64,000 nt of DNA from Paraspadella gotoi (Eukaryota > Animalia > Chaetognatha), in contig JBJCIZ010000028.1 in NCBI GenBank assembly GCA_051294375.1, forward strand, positions 930,437 to 994,436, written 5' to 3'. Below the pieces are notes generated by a model, which saw nothing but the letters and a program-made list of their open reading frames with translations, was not told the DNA's origin and searched no databases. Made by a program: the position numbers and the translations under genes. Shown piece by piece: positions 1-13,000 of the stretch (within the stretch, counting starts at the first letter, position 1; each line of letters starts with the position of its first letter).

Positions 1-3000
1 TCGAAAGTCGCGGACGACGAGACCAACGACTTGGAGGAAGGCAACGACGTCGCCGACTCCGTCTCCGAAGACGTCGCCGAAACGACGGCTCCCTCGACGG
101 CGCCGCCCGAAACCGGCGTCACCGGCGTCGATGGATCATCCCCAGTCGACGCCAACAAATATCTCTTGGCGACGACGACGCGTCCGAGTTCTTCCCTCGA
201 ATACGATCCCGTCTGCAATTACGAGGCGGAGACCGACGCCGTCAGAAAGCGGAAGAGCAACGAGGGCGCGCCGCCCGAAAATGCGGCGTCGGAGACCGCG
301 CCGGGGTCGGAGGGCTTGGCATCGTCGCCGGTTCGAGCGGAGAAGAAGAAAAAGTTTAACTTGAACCGCGCGGGGCCGTTTACTGGGAGGAGAGGAGGGA
401 AGAAGGAGGCGGGGGAGGAGAATAAGGGGGATGGAGTGGGCGAGGGGATTTCGAAGACGTCGACGAGTTCTGAAGGAGAAGAACCCGTTAAATCTCAAAG
501 AAGGAAGACTGAAAAATCGGAGAAGGCTGCGGCGGCGGCGGCGGCTGAAGCTGCGTCCGCTGCGAGAATCGACGTAAAGGTGGGAAAAGAATCTCGAAAG
601 GAGAAAAAAGAGAATAAAAGTAAAGGAGCCAAAACGACGACGACGACGAAGACGACGAAGACGACGAAGACGAAGACGAAAGAGGAAAAACTTAAAACCA
701 TCGACGACATTTCCGACGATTCGTTGGATGACGACGATGTTGGGGACGACGAAAAAGTTGAGGGAGTCGGTGCGACCGATTGCAAGAAGACTCGCCGTTC
801 CTCCTCGGAGGAGGAGAGAGAGATCATTAAGAGAGAGATTGAAAAGGGGAGGGGTTCGTCGGAGGCGAAGGCGACGGTAGAGGCGAAGGCGAAGACGACG
901 GCGGCGAAGGCGAAGAAGGACAAGTTAACGATGGCCGACATCTCGTCGGATTCTCTGTCCGAGGATGAGGACGAAAAACCGACGAAAATTGAAAAGAGGA
1001 AAGATGAAGCGAAGAAGAAGGAAGAGAAAAATGAGAATGGAAGAAGAGTTGACGAAAAGGAAAGAAAGAAAGAAGAGAAGAAAGGAAAAGAGAAGGAAGG
1101 AAAAGAGAAGGAAGGAAAAGAGAAGGAAGAAAAGGAGACAGTAAAACGGGACAATAAGCGTCATGAAAAGAACGACTCGCGAACCAAAGATCATAAGGAC
1201 AAGAAGGAAAGTCACAAGGACAAATCGCGAAAACACGAAAGTCGCAATGACAAGAAATCGTCGGAAAGACATCGCGAGGAACCGTCCAAGGACAAGTCGA
1301 CATCGTCGACGTCGTCTCATCGACGAAGCAAACACGAAAACAAACGTGAACGGGAAAACAAAGAAGAAAACAATGATTTTGCTGGGAGAGAGAAAGGAAA
1401 ATCTAAAAGGAAAGCCACGAGCGACGGGAAGTCGAAGGAAGACGGGAAGAATGACGGGAAGGAGACTGGAAAGAAAACTAGTAGTCGAAAAGACGGGGAG
1501 AAAAAAATATCTTCATCGAAAAAAGGAGACGCGAAAGTCGAAGAGAAAAACTCGAAATCTTCGAGCGAAAGGAAAACATCCGGCGGCGGAAATTCTCGGC
1601 ACCGGAGCGGCCGGAAAGATGGTGGGAGGAAAGAGGATAAGATTTTGAAGAAATCGAGGAGAAGGTCGTCTTCTTCTTCTTCTTCTTCCTCGTCCTCTTC
1701 TTCCTCCTCCTCTTCCTCCTCGTCGGAGGACGAAAAAGAAAAGCGTCCGAGCGTCAAGAGAAAAGTCAGCGACGCCGCCGACGCCGGCGCCGCCAAGAAA
1801 CGAAAGAAGGAGAGCGGCGCCGCGGCGCGCCCGGACCTCACGGACGACGCCATCAAGGAGGCGGAGGACGTTGAGAAGCGGCTCGTCAAGAAGATCAACG
1901 ATCAGCTGTTCGGAGATACGAGCAGCGAGGAGGAGGAAAAGGGAGGAAAGGAAAAGGGAGGAAAGGAAAAGGGAGGAAAGGAAAAGGGAGGAAAGGAAAA
2001 GGGAGAAAAGGAAAAGGGAGGAAAGGAAAAGAAGAAAATGATGAATTCCTCCGACGAAGACGATGAGGATGATATGAAGGATAGAGAAGGTGAGTGAATA
2101 AATCTTAGGTTCTGGGCGACTCGGGTTGACCTCGGTCATCAAGATATCCTCAGTCACAAAGAATCCTTTCACAGTAGGCAGACGACGATGACGACTGAGG
2201 CTTCACCGTAGTTCGGTGAAAGGATTCTTCGTGACTAAGCATATCTAAATTTGATATATAAATCTATATATCAAATTCATAAACGCCCCATCCTGCTTTC
2301 TTGTAAGAATCGGTAGGGCTCGAACTCGAGTCCTTAAGGTCGAAAATAGGGCGCCATGCGAGGTTAATTATAGGTTATAACAATACTTTCCAAGAACCCT
2401 TCGTCGAAGAAGCCGAGGAGGAAGAAGAGGAAGAAGAGGAAGAAGAAGTCAGCGAAGACGACGTCGATCTCTCCCTCGTCGCCGACGTCGTGTTCGACGA
2501 CGACGACGACGACGACGAAGCGACTCGAGGCAACCGAGTCTTCGACGAATGTCTCAAGATCTTCAACGAAGCGCAAAGCGACGCCGTCTCATCCTCTTCC
2601 GCTCAGAGGGTGAGAACGGGACTGGACTCGTCTTTAAAGATATCGTTTAAACAGTAAAAGATAGCGTTAAAGAAGTTGTTGCTGTTATTGTTGTTGTGGT
2701 GGTTCGTCGATGATACTTTTGGAATCGATCAAATTTTTCGCATAGTAAATATATAAATATATATGGTGATATATCTATGAAAGTGTCCCGGCTCCAGGTT
2801 GATGCGGTCGTTTTTATCCTGCGGCCGTATTTTTTATAAAGCTCCGTTTTATCCCACCCTGAGGTAATTTCTCTCTCCAGACCGCCGAGAGTCCCACCTC
2901 CTCCACGCCGGACGAAACGCCTCACGACGCTGTCGACGCCGCCGACTCTTCCTCCGCCGCTGCCAAGAAGCGCGTCGCTCGAACCGACCTTCCGACGCGG

Positions 3001-3799
3001 GTGGGAATGGCGAAGACGAACCCTTTCGCCGCCCGGCCCTCCCCCGCGCAGGTAAGGGGTGAAGAGAATATGAGAGTGAGGTCGCCGCGTCCATGCATCA
3101 CCCACCCTTTCTGTATTCCCAGGTGATGCACAACCGCTACTTGGCGATGCAGCAGAAGAAGCAGCCGCCTTTGTCGCCAAAGGCCAAGGGCCAATCGAAC
3201 GGTCCGCTGCAGGCCACCACCGCCTTTCTCAAGGATCTCCACAAAAAATTTCAGGTGAATTTTGGTTAAAAAGGAGACTAATACTGTATTAAACGAAAAT
3301 AAAAATATTAACGGTCAGTGCTACAATATGCAAATGAAATAATGGGTATATGCTTATGAGAATTGGAAGGCGATATGTTTAGATAACGTTATTTATTTGT
3401 CCTCCTTATTCTTCTCTTTTGTCGGGAAGAGTCCGCCTTATTTGTCCGCCTTATTCTTCTCTTTTGTCGGGCAGAGTCCGCCTTATTTGTCCGCCTTATT
3501 CTTCTCTTTTGTCGGGCAGAGTCCGCCTCGAGCTTCGGAGACAACGACGCCCGACGACGATCGCGTCGGCAGCATCTACTCCAAGTTGATGGGCGGAAAA
3601 AAGCCACGAGTCGCCGACGAATTCGCCGGAGGAGATTTGTCGGAAAATCTCGGCAAGGGTGAGCGAAAGATTTGTATCAGCTTCTTCAAAGTCGTCGAAA
3701 GCAAAGGGAAGATAAGTGATAAGTTTCATTATACTATATAGTATATAGTATATAGGATTTTTGTTGTTTTTGCCAAATTTTTATAGCCTTTTGTCTTTC

Positions 3800-3853
<54 letters not shown>

Positions 3854-6800
3854 CCTCTTATATCTTATCTTATCTTATCTTATCTTATCTTATCTTATCT
3901 TATCTTTCCAATCTCTTTCAGCCTCTAAAACGTCTCCTTCTCAATCTCCCAAAATATCTTCCACCACATCGACATCTTCCTCCAAAGTTTTCTCTCACGT
4001 GGCGCCGTCGTCGTCGTCGGCGTCGTCGTCGTTGACGTCGCCTTCGGCCGATACGTCGTTTATAGAAGCCAATTCCAGGTTTAATTAAGATTACGCTTTA
4101 GCTAATATCGTTTTGATTTATATTGTAACGTTGTTGTATTATGAGCAGGTTCGGCTTCTCCAATTACCGCGTGTCCACCGCGGGCGGGAAGAGGATCGCC
4201 CACGGGTCTTCCGCCGACGCGGGAGCGGGGGCGACGAAGAAGGCGAGGCCGACGATGCCGCAGGTTGGTGGGTAGGGGGGGGAAGAGAGGAGGAAAGGGT
4301 GAGGAAAATGGGAGGGGGTAAACGGAGGTAAGGATGAGGAAAAGGAAGGAAATGGAGAAAAATGGAGGAAATGATGAAAAAAAAAGAGAGAGAGAGAGAG
4401 AGAAAAAAGATGTGAAAAATGGGGAAAAGGATGAGAAAAGTATAGAAAATGGTTGAATGAAATAAAAGGAAAGAAAAGAAAGGAAAAGACAAAAAGAAAA
4501 GAAATGAGACGAAAGGACGATAAAAATGAAGGAAGGGATGTAAAGAAATGAAGGAAGAAATGTAAAGAAATGAAGGAAGGGATGGAAAGAAATGAATTTA
4601 TTGGGTTGAGGAAAAAAAGAGGGGGAAAGAAAAATAAAGACAATTCAGCAAAATGGAAAGAAAAATTTAAAAAAAATATAAAAAGCGATAAAAATTAATT
4701 CGAAAAAAAAAAAAGTAAAAAAGGGAAAAAAATGAAAGCAACCGTTTTCCGCTCATCCTCGAGAAAGGACTTCGCCGGCGGTCGCGTCCCCATCGTCATT
4801 CGTCAACGATACCTCAACATCCTCATCGACGAGACGCTGCAGATCGCCGATAGCGAGGACGACGCCTACGAACGAGGTAATAAGTGGTAGGGTAAGTTTA
4901 ATTCGGTGCCCGATTTAAATCCGTTACCCTCAATCTTTGGAATTCAGGTTTGACTTTGGAGAAAGAAGGGATTTACGAAAGGCGCCGCCGCCCACAAGCC
5001 AAGTCCGGGAGTCAGGGGATCTACGTCTCAATTCACGCCGTCATCGCTGTGAGGAGGACTATTTTTATTTAATTTTATATATAATAATTAATAATAATAA
5101 TAATAATAGTTTTGCTTTTCGAAAATTTATGTCATCAACGCATGAGAATGGATTATCAAGTTGTCATTCCAAAGTGGCGCGATAAATCTGTTCATCGATA
5201 ATATTCAAAAAATGCTATATTTAACAATATAATAATATACATTAATAACATTTTTTTCAGGATGAAAACAGCTCGTCGCACCGAAGTGGAAGGTGACTGT
5301 TGATGGAAGGGAGCAGGGAAGAGGACGGGAGAAGGAAAGAGGGAAGTTAGAGGAGGAAGAGGAGAGGGAATGATGAGAGAGGAAGGAGGCCGACGCCGCC
5401 GTTGGCGAGACAGTTGGCCGGCGGAAAGAAGAGGCTAAGGCCAAAGCCGTATGGAGTTACGTGCGTCGTATATTCACTTCATTAAAATGTATTATAGAAT
5501 AATGTACTTATCTATAATATAAAATATTATGGTTTGTTTCGTTTTTTTTTGTTCAGATGGGAACGAAACCCAAGCACCCGCCCAATTAAAGCGACGCGCT
5601 GTAAAGTTGGCACATTTATTTTTAATATTTAGTAATACTATTTAACGAAACATTGATACTTGGCGCTTTTCAGTATCCAAATCGCGGCTCCGTACGTTTG
5701 CAGTCGGGCAGTTTTTTCTCACGCCGCGCTAGTTGGGCGGGGAAGGCCGCCGCCAACACGACGTTAACTCGCCACAAGTCAAAAACGGAAAACCGATCAA
5801 CGTCGAGGGAAGCAGATCCGTCTGGTAATATTTAAATATACATTACCAATTAATTATTCTCTTATTAATACTTTCTGTTTTAGTTTTATTTTCCCTTTCT
5901 TTTTTCGCTGGTCTTTGATTTAGTTAGACCAAATTAAAAATAAAAAAAAACAAATCGTTGTGGAAACCGAGGAAGAAAATCTTTGTATAATTATTTATTA
6001 ATATGTTCATTTATTTGTGAATATTCGTCATAAAAAAGGAACCGCCTCTACGGTCACCTGAAAAAATACCTCTTTCAACGGAGGAACTCGAGCTCCACGG
6101 TTTCCCCCCGTTCCGCCCGCCAGAGCGGCAAGAAGAGAGGCGCGCCGCCCATCTTGAGCGAGGAGTACAAGAAGAGAGGGAGGATCATCCATGGGGACAA
6201 TCCCGTACACAATCCGGTCAGTTTGGAAGATGAAGTTTTTTTGAGTTCGATTTTCTAAGAAATCTTGCGAAATTGGCTAAGGCTTTTTTTTTCAAAGTTT
6301 CTCTCTACGTGGAAAGGAAAGAAAATGAAAACAATTGAAAAAGTAAAATAAGAAAAAGAGAAGAGTAAAATAATTCGCGAGTGTCTGATTGAAGTGCTTG
6401 GAGGTGATTTGTTATGAGGATCGCCGGCTGGGTGCGAAGGTGCGCTCGACGTCCTGATAAACTTCACCTCCAACAAGCTTTGAGGGAGACCTGCGTATGG
6501 CATTATCTTGTAAGAGGCCTTATCCACCCAAAAGCCTGTCCAAGAAAGTCAGGGGCGAGCAGTAGCCTTATTTTTATAATGAATTTAATAATTTCCAGTA
6601 TGCAGCTTATCCAATCTCCGTAGTAAAGAAAAAAAAAACGAAAGGAAAATATAAACTGAAAAGTCAAGGAGAAAAGAAGACCCAACTATTTCTCAATCGC
6701 TGCCTCCAGCCTTCCAGGACAAATACCTGTCGCTGCTCGATGCGGCAAAGGCCTTTCGGCTGCTGACGAGGAGGGTTCGCTACGAGCAAGCCGGAAGAGT

Positions 6801-9638
6801 CTATGCTTGCTACATTGGGGGTATAGTCCCTAACCGTCGCGTCAACAGGGCGATCTCTCTTCTTTTNNNNNNNNNNNNNNNNNNNNNNNNNTTTGCTTTC
6901 GAAAATTTATGTCATCAACGCAGAGAATGGATTATCAAGTTGTCATCAAAAGTGGCGATAAATGCTTCATCGATAATATTCAAAAAATGCTATATTTAAC
7001 ATCGTATATTAATATTAATCGATTAATATACATTTTTTTCAGACCTAAGTGAAAATGCTCCGCACGAGAAAGTTTTGTGGGAGGTGACATGAGGGAAGAT
7101 GTGAACGAATTTGCCAGCAGTGAGACCGGAGACTAGGGAAGAGGGAGTTATGAGGGTAGGGAAGAGGAGAGGGACATTAAAGCGTAAGAGAGATGATAGG
7201 GGAATGATAGAACATCTACGGAGGGCCGACGCCCGCCGTTGAGACCGGAGACCATTGTTGGCGGGCCCGGAAAAGAGGACGCAAGAAGTAGGCCGAAGTG
7301 CCAAGATCCGGGTTATTGCCTGGTCTCCTTTGGTATATCTTCGGCTTAAGACCAATTCACTCGATACAAATGCTACGTGTTATCTAGGATACCATCTATG
7401 ATAATAATTGTAAAATGATGGTTTGTTTCGTTTTTTTTTTTTTTGTTCAGAGGCGGGTGGCGGGGTCGTAACGAATGGCAGAAACCCAACGCACGGGCGC
7501 GCACCAAATTAATAGGCGAGGCGTTACGCGTACCAAGAGCTTTGTTGGTCACCACTAGTTTGTGTGTCTTTATAATCCTCGTATGTTAAGTAATACGTAC
7601 TGTTTGAAACGACAAACATTGGGATACTTGGCCTGTTTTCAGTAATCCAAGATCGGCCTCCCCCGCCCTCCGTCTGCGTGTTGGGCTGTATCGGGGTACC
7701 AGCTTTTCTATCTCACGCCCCGGCCATGTTGGGCGGGAAATGCCGCCCTAGCCACACGATAGTTAGCTCACACAAAGTCAAAAAGAAACGGATCAACGTC
7801 GAGGAAGAGATCGTCGTCGGTGTAATATTTAAATATACATTACCAATTAATTATTTCTTTATATAATACTTTGTGTTTTTTTTACGTTTTTATTTCCACC
7901 GTTGTCTTTTTCATCGAATGATGCTGGTTTTGATTTGATTATGACCAAATTAAAAGAATTAAAAAAAAAAAAGAACAAATCTTTGTGGAAACGAGAAGAA
8001 ATCTGTATAATTATTTATTATTTGTTCATTTATTTGTAAATATTCGTAATAAAAAAGGAACCGCCCTCTACGGTCACCTGAAAAAATACCTCCTTTCGAC
8101 GGAGGAACTCGAGCTCCACGGTTTCCCCCGTCCGCCGCCAGAGGGCAGCAAGAGAGGGCGCGCCGCCATCTTGAGCGAGGAGTACAAGAAGAGAGGAGGA
8201 TATCCAGGGGACAATCCCGTACACAATCCGGTCAGTTGGAAGATGAAGTTTTTTGAGTTCGATTTCTAAGAAATCTGGAAATTTGCCTAAGGCTTTTTTT
8301 TTCAAAGTTTCTTCTCTACGTGGAAAGGAAAGAAAATGAAAACAAATTTGAAAAAGTAAAATAAAAAAAAGAAAAGTAAAATAATTGCGAGTCTTGATTG
8401 AAAGCTTGTTGGAGGTGATTTTATGAGGATCGCCGGCGGGCGAAGGTGGCTCACGTCCTGATAAACTCACCTCCAACAAGCTTGCAGGGACCTGCTATGG
8501 CATTATCTTGTAAGAGGCCTTAAACCACCAAAGCCTGTCCAAAATCAGGGGCGAGATAGCTTATTTATTAAATGAATTTATAATTTCTATATCAGTTATA
8601 CCAATCTCATAAAGAAAAAAAAAACGAAAGAAAATATAGAACTGAAAAGAAGAGAAAAGAAGACCCAAATATTTCTTCAACCCCCTCCCCTTAAGGACAA
8701 AACCTGCTGCCGATGCGGCAAGGCCTTTCGCGTGGACGAGGAGGGTCGCTACGAGAAGCCGGAAGATTGCTTCTACCATTGGGGGAAGCCCTTCAACCGT
8801 CGCGTCAACAGGGGCGTCTACGAGAAGAAGTTCGTCTGCTGCGACGCCGACGAGGCGACGGAAGGATGCCAGGTTTAGTTTGGGGGGGTGGGACGGGGGG
8901 GGTGGATAGATGTCTTTTGTTTCGTTTAAGTAAAGGAGATGAATTTATGAATGAATGAATGAATGAGAGAAATAAAGTAAAGGGAAAGAAAGGAAGAGAG
9001 CGAGAAAGAAAAAGTTAGAGAAAGAAAGAAAAAAAAGGATAGAAAGAGATAAAAAGATAGAAAGAAAAAGAGATAGAACGAAAGAGAGAGAAAGAGAACT
9101 AGAAAAAATAAAAGAGAAAGTGAAAAAAAAAATAGAAGAGAGAGAAATTAGAGGAGAGACAGAAAAAAGAGACTGAGAGGAAAAAGATAGGAGAGAGGAA
9201 AAAAAGAGACTGAGAGGAAAAAGATAGGAGAGAGGAAAAAAAGAGACTGAGAGGAAAAAGATAGGAGAGAGGAAAAAAAGAGACTGAGAGGAAAAAGATA
9301 GGAGAGAGGAAAAAAAGAGACTGAGAGGAAAAAGATAGGAGAGAGGAAAAAAAGAGACTGAGAGGAAAAAGATAGGAGAGAGGAGAAAAAAGAGACTGAG
9401 AGGAAAAAGATAGGAGAGAGGAGAAAAAAGAGACTGAGAGGAAAAAGATAGGAGAGAGGAGAGGAGAGAGACTGAGACGGACACCAAGAGATAAAAAGGT
9501 TTTCATCTTTTCTCAGATCGCCTCCCATCACGTGATCGAAGGACACGACAACCCGCGTCGTCTGGCGGGATTCGTTCGCACGATGGCCAAATCCCCGCCG
9601 CCTGATGGCAACTTTGGCGTCTTCGCTCTCGACTGCGA

Positions 9639-9682
<44 letters not shown>

Positions 9683-9978
9683 CAGAAAAATAAAGAGAAA
9701 ACAATCATGAGAGAGCAAGACAGAGAAATATAGAGAAAACAATCATGAGAGAGCAAGACAGAGAAATATAGAGAAAACAATCATGAGAGAGCAAGACAGA
9801 GAAATATAGAGAAAACAGAAAACGAGAGAAAGCAAGACCGAAAAATTCAGAAAAATTCTTTAAAAATAAAAATAATAATAATCTAACAGAGGGATATCTC
9901 TGTTGTAAAGATGATTACCCTGATTACACATGACATCGGTCAATCTCATTTCAGACAATTCAGAAATTAATCTGCTAC

Positions 9979-10012
<34 letters not shown>

Positions 10013-13000
10013 TATATAATAATAAATTAAAAACCTTTAAGGTTTACACGGCGCGCGGCGCTGAATTGGCTTCGAGTCACCGTCGTCAAACGATCGCCTC
10101 AAAGTCGTTTAGGAAGCCTTCGTCAAACCTCCCTTTTCCCGTGGTTAGTAGTTTTTCCAGTTCTTTAATTTCTCATTTTTGCATTGCAGTTATTACTTTG
10201 TTTGATTATTTCTTTCTTGTGATCGTTTTCACGTCACTGGAACTCTCTTTCGGCGAAGCCCTCTTTTTCCTTGAATATTTTGGAGTGGTTTCCTTTTTAA
10301 CCTTTTTGTTTTTCTCCGGCTTTTAAATGTTCTGCACATCTTTCTTCAATCTTCTAATCCTCATTTTCTTCTTTTCTCCACTCGCTTTTCTTTTTTTTTC
10401 ATTCTCGCCCTTCCTCCCCTTCCCTCGAATCTCGTCGCCTTTCTTTAAACATTAACGCCTGACCAATTTGGGACCTTCCCCCCCTCCTCCCTCCTCGCAA
10501 CAGGTCGATGCACTACAAACACCTCAGTGGTTTTCTCAGCCGGGCCCGTCAACGGCGGAATGATGTCTGAGATAACGTGGACTCGAACTCGGAGAGAAGT
10601 TCCAGGCCGCCGTTTGCTCTCCTATGTCTTCCCCCGCCGACCCGAAACGATATTGAATTAGGCGGGAGCCCACTCCAGTATTTACTAAAATTCAATCTTC
10701 CTGACGAATTGATATAACATGTATTAAATTAATATTACCCAAAATCAGGCGTGCACAAAGTTGTTGCCCGGTCGAAACAACTTTGCACTCAGTTCTGAAA
10801 GTTGATCCACGACACTGGTCTGTCGACACCTCCGGTCGTTTTTCCGCACAACTCGGTCTGCCTAACTAGGGCAGCGAACAGTCTCAGGCTGCAATGCGCA
10901 CCATGGCTCTGGGGGAAAACGGACAACATTTAGATTTAGATTTTAACGGTTGATGAAACGAAACTAAGAATCATCAAAATAGTACACATGGTAGCCCGCA
11001 CAAACCCTCAACGTCCGCCACACTCCAGCCCGTACAACCGCTATCGCAATGCGGTACAACAACACATTAATAAAGAAATCAACAACCAACGACAGAAATG
11101 ACAAACCACAACAATTTTACGCAACCACAAAACTAGACAACACCGAGTCCAAAAAACAAAACCACAACGTTGGCGCTACTTTATCACGTGGTGGTAACAA
11201 ATAGCATAAAAAATAAATAACATAAACAGACAAAAACAACTGCCGAAACTGTTAGGAGTGTGGGACTCAGGTTTTAAATCTCTTTGTACCTTGTGTCTAA
11301 TATTATTCTATTTATATCTCAGTGATAGTAGCTCGACTGCTGCCTTTCTAGGTTTACCTGAGATTTATTACAATTAGCTAATAACTAAATAAAAGGAACA
11401 TATATTGCTATCTTTTATTTATATAATTTATTGTTTATTTAATACGCAACTATCTAACACTTAAATACATTGGAGCAAGAGAACTTCAGAGAGTATGGGA
11501 ACTCTAACATGAAGAGAGTACTTCCCTTGATCCAAGCTGGACCAATTTGTTTCACCTTTGATAATAATAAAGTATTTATGAGTTATGAAAAGGTCAGCCA
11601 GGATAAGAGATAAACTTCTTAATCATTAATTGACATAATAAATCTATCAATTATCACAAAATTAATCTTATGAATCATTAAACTACTAAACAATATAGAA
11701 AAGATAATGTAAAAATCCAATTATATGGCTATAAATATTACAGTTACAAAAATGCAATTGGACTTAAAAGATTTACTACTATATGTGCAATAAGATTGAT
11801 GATAATCTCAAATCTCATTTAGTATTATTCCTAAGAATGTATCTCTTACAAAACAAGGGGAAACGTGACAAGACAAACATAAACTAAAACTATCAATATT
11901 TTGAAATGAGGCTTTTCTTTTGCACGCTCTGCGGACTTTAGATTGCCTGGTATTATCTCCAAAAGAGTCTCAGCAGGACGAAAGCGTGACACGACTCGCC
12001 GAGGACGCTCGGAAGCTGCTTGAGGCTCATGCGGTTTGGAAAGTGCACAGAACGATCAGTGAAATTTCGAAGTCCAAACTGATCCGTCATAATCAGAAAA
12101 AAAAAAGAATGAATTCTTGTTGCAGATTAAAAACGAAGAACCGTTCAATTCGAAAAGCGTTATATTAAACGTCGCTTAAAAATTCCCAACCCTCAAGCTT
12201 TTAATATCGCCCAGTTTTAAACTCTTTAAAAATCACGGTCTTTCAAAAAGTATTATTCGATGCTTAAATTTTTATTTAGATTTGTTGGTTCCGTTAAGCG
12301 AAAAACAATATAATCCTTTTGTTAATACTACTTAAATTGTAATTTTATTTATTTTTTTTTTCGTCGGTCAGATTTATTATCCTTTTTTTTGTGAATTAGA
12401 TCGCAACAGGTTATTTCCATTCGAAATAGACTACGAAAGTTAAAGATACAAACGCGAGTACTACTAAAATATAAACTAATTGATTACTTTTTTCTGGATT
12501 CAGCTCTGCGAAGTACATATATTAATAATGATCAAAATGATGTTAGTCTAAGGTATTTAATGTATACGGGAAAAAAGGATTATTAAAATATGAGAATCAT
12601 CTGTTTTTATCGTCCGATGAGTTAAACAAAAATAATTGGAGCGGCCCTAGGCGCTTATTTCGCTATCTTTGGTATTCATATTACGGATGTATGGATTATA
12701 TTTTTATTTCATCAGCACAAGTTTGTACGAATTCGCCTAACTAAAGATTCAAATGCGATTTTATGCCTCTAAACGACTAAAAAACCTATCATTCTTAATC
12801 ATTATTCGATATCCTGGCGTCCCCTTTCGCCGCTTAAGAGTACGAACCTCTTTTCCTCCACGGTGTCGTCAAAAGGAGACAAAGTTTGAAGTCTTGTGCT
12901 TTTTTAAAAAAAGTCGTGGGGGAAAAGAAAAACATGGATGCGTCGGCTCGATTTTTATTGTCTCTTGGCTTCCTCGTTGTTCGTAACGCCTTACACGTTG

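Noticed and set aside
131-2576. Many long antisense and alternative-frame ORFs (also across 53085-61532)
   Set aside because: Shadows of GC-rich, low-complexity coding exons; no independent motifs
5048-5066. Apparent non-canonical GA donor (ag|gactat) in REXO1
   Set aside because: Lies in indel-rich sequence; a dropped T (gtactat) explains it more simply
8945-9780. Hydrophobic repeat ORFs on the minus strand and a CRISPR-like 37-bp periodicity
   Set aside because: Head-to-tail minisatellite with no unique spacers, in a eukaryotic intron
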